The notes below the pieces were generated by a model. It was not told the DNA's origin. It saw only the letters and a list, made by a program, of their open reading frames with translations, and did not search any database. Positions 63,143 to 64,000 of a DNA stretch of 64,000 nucleotides are shown one piece after another. The translations under genes and the position numbers were made by a program. The stretch is from Squalus acanthias (Eukaryota), in contig JASTWF010000366.1 in NCBI GenBank assembly GCA_030390025.1, positions 1-64,000 of the forward strand, written 5' to 3'. Numbering within the stretch: the first letter of the stretch is position 1; every line of letters begins with the position of its first letter.

Positions 63143-64000
63143 TGACTTCCTCCAAATTAAAAGTGTTGATTGTGATGGAGAGAGAGAGAGAGATATTGGA
63201 GGCAAGAAGTGAGCGAAGGATGATCTATCAGACAGCAAGCTTTTCCTTGTATCCCAGGTAGGTGTATGAGAGAGTTGCAGGAACAGCCTCCCAGACATTC
63301 AAATCTTGGATGGATGTGGGTTTTAAAAATACTTCCTCAAGATCAGTCTGATTTGAATTTCTACAAATGTTCAATATAATTTATGAATTGTGATCAGCGT
63401 CATGAGGGAAATAAAAGAAATCATGCAGGCCTCCATGAAGCAATCTATTTGTTGCAATGAAAGTTTCTGTTTTATTTGTTTTTCCAATTTTCTTCACTCC
63501 TATCCTAAAGGGGATACAGCTCCACAATCCTCATGTGTTAGCACTCAGTAGGGTAGATTTTCCAAACAGCTACACCTGATAAACGGGTGTAAATTGGGCA
63601 CAATCTATCAGAAATACAGAGACAGCAATATTTAAATGAGGTCTCAATGATGTCATTTAGACACCAAGCAATTTTTTGGCGTTTGCGCAGGATTAGCATT
63701 GATTTATCCACCCACCCACACAAAAGGGGTATCCAGGGTTGATAAAGGCTGTATTGTATCCAGAAATGTATTTAAAGTGGCATTTAAGAAAATGTATTGC
63801 TGTGTTTTGAGGCTGTTTTTCTGAGTTTTTTGTTTATTTTTAATTTGTCAGTGCTTAGTTGTGTAGGGGGCTTTGTGCCAAGTATTTTGTAGATCTCATT
63901 GCTTTGGAATGTCACAATATTGGTGCGATGGGTTGCTCCATGGGAATTCCTCTTTGCTTTTTTTTTGGAAAAGAGGTCAGGCCTGCGACAGAGGCAGTCT

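Overview
Repeat-dominated eukaryotic DNA, most likely from a cartilaginous fish (shark). This is inferred from Deu-domain SINEs, CR1-type 3' tails and a 67-bp minisatellite. No host protein-coding gene could be confidently identified. Main contents: (1) a complete but decayed two-gene PIF/Harbinger transposon (17024-21247) carrying a solo LTR, an older Harbinger transposase relic and several Harbinger-type MITEs; (2) a near-intact CsRn1-like Gypsy LTR retrotransposon (53671-57703); (3) three Neptune-like Penelope elements whose 3' tails carry minimal hammerhead ribozyme (HHR) motifs, plus a 229-bp palindromic element made of two back-to-back hammerheads; (4) many copies of an EN-RT LINE whose two full-length copies start with a tRNA-derived (pol III A/B box) head and have no room for an ORF1; (5) CR1/L2 relics, SINEs and microsatellites. 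Coordinates were read by eye. Element ends defined by TSDs or TIRs should be close to exact, while ends of decayed relics are approximate.
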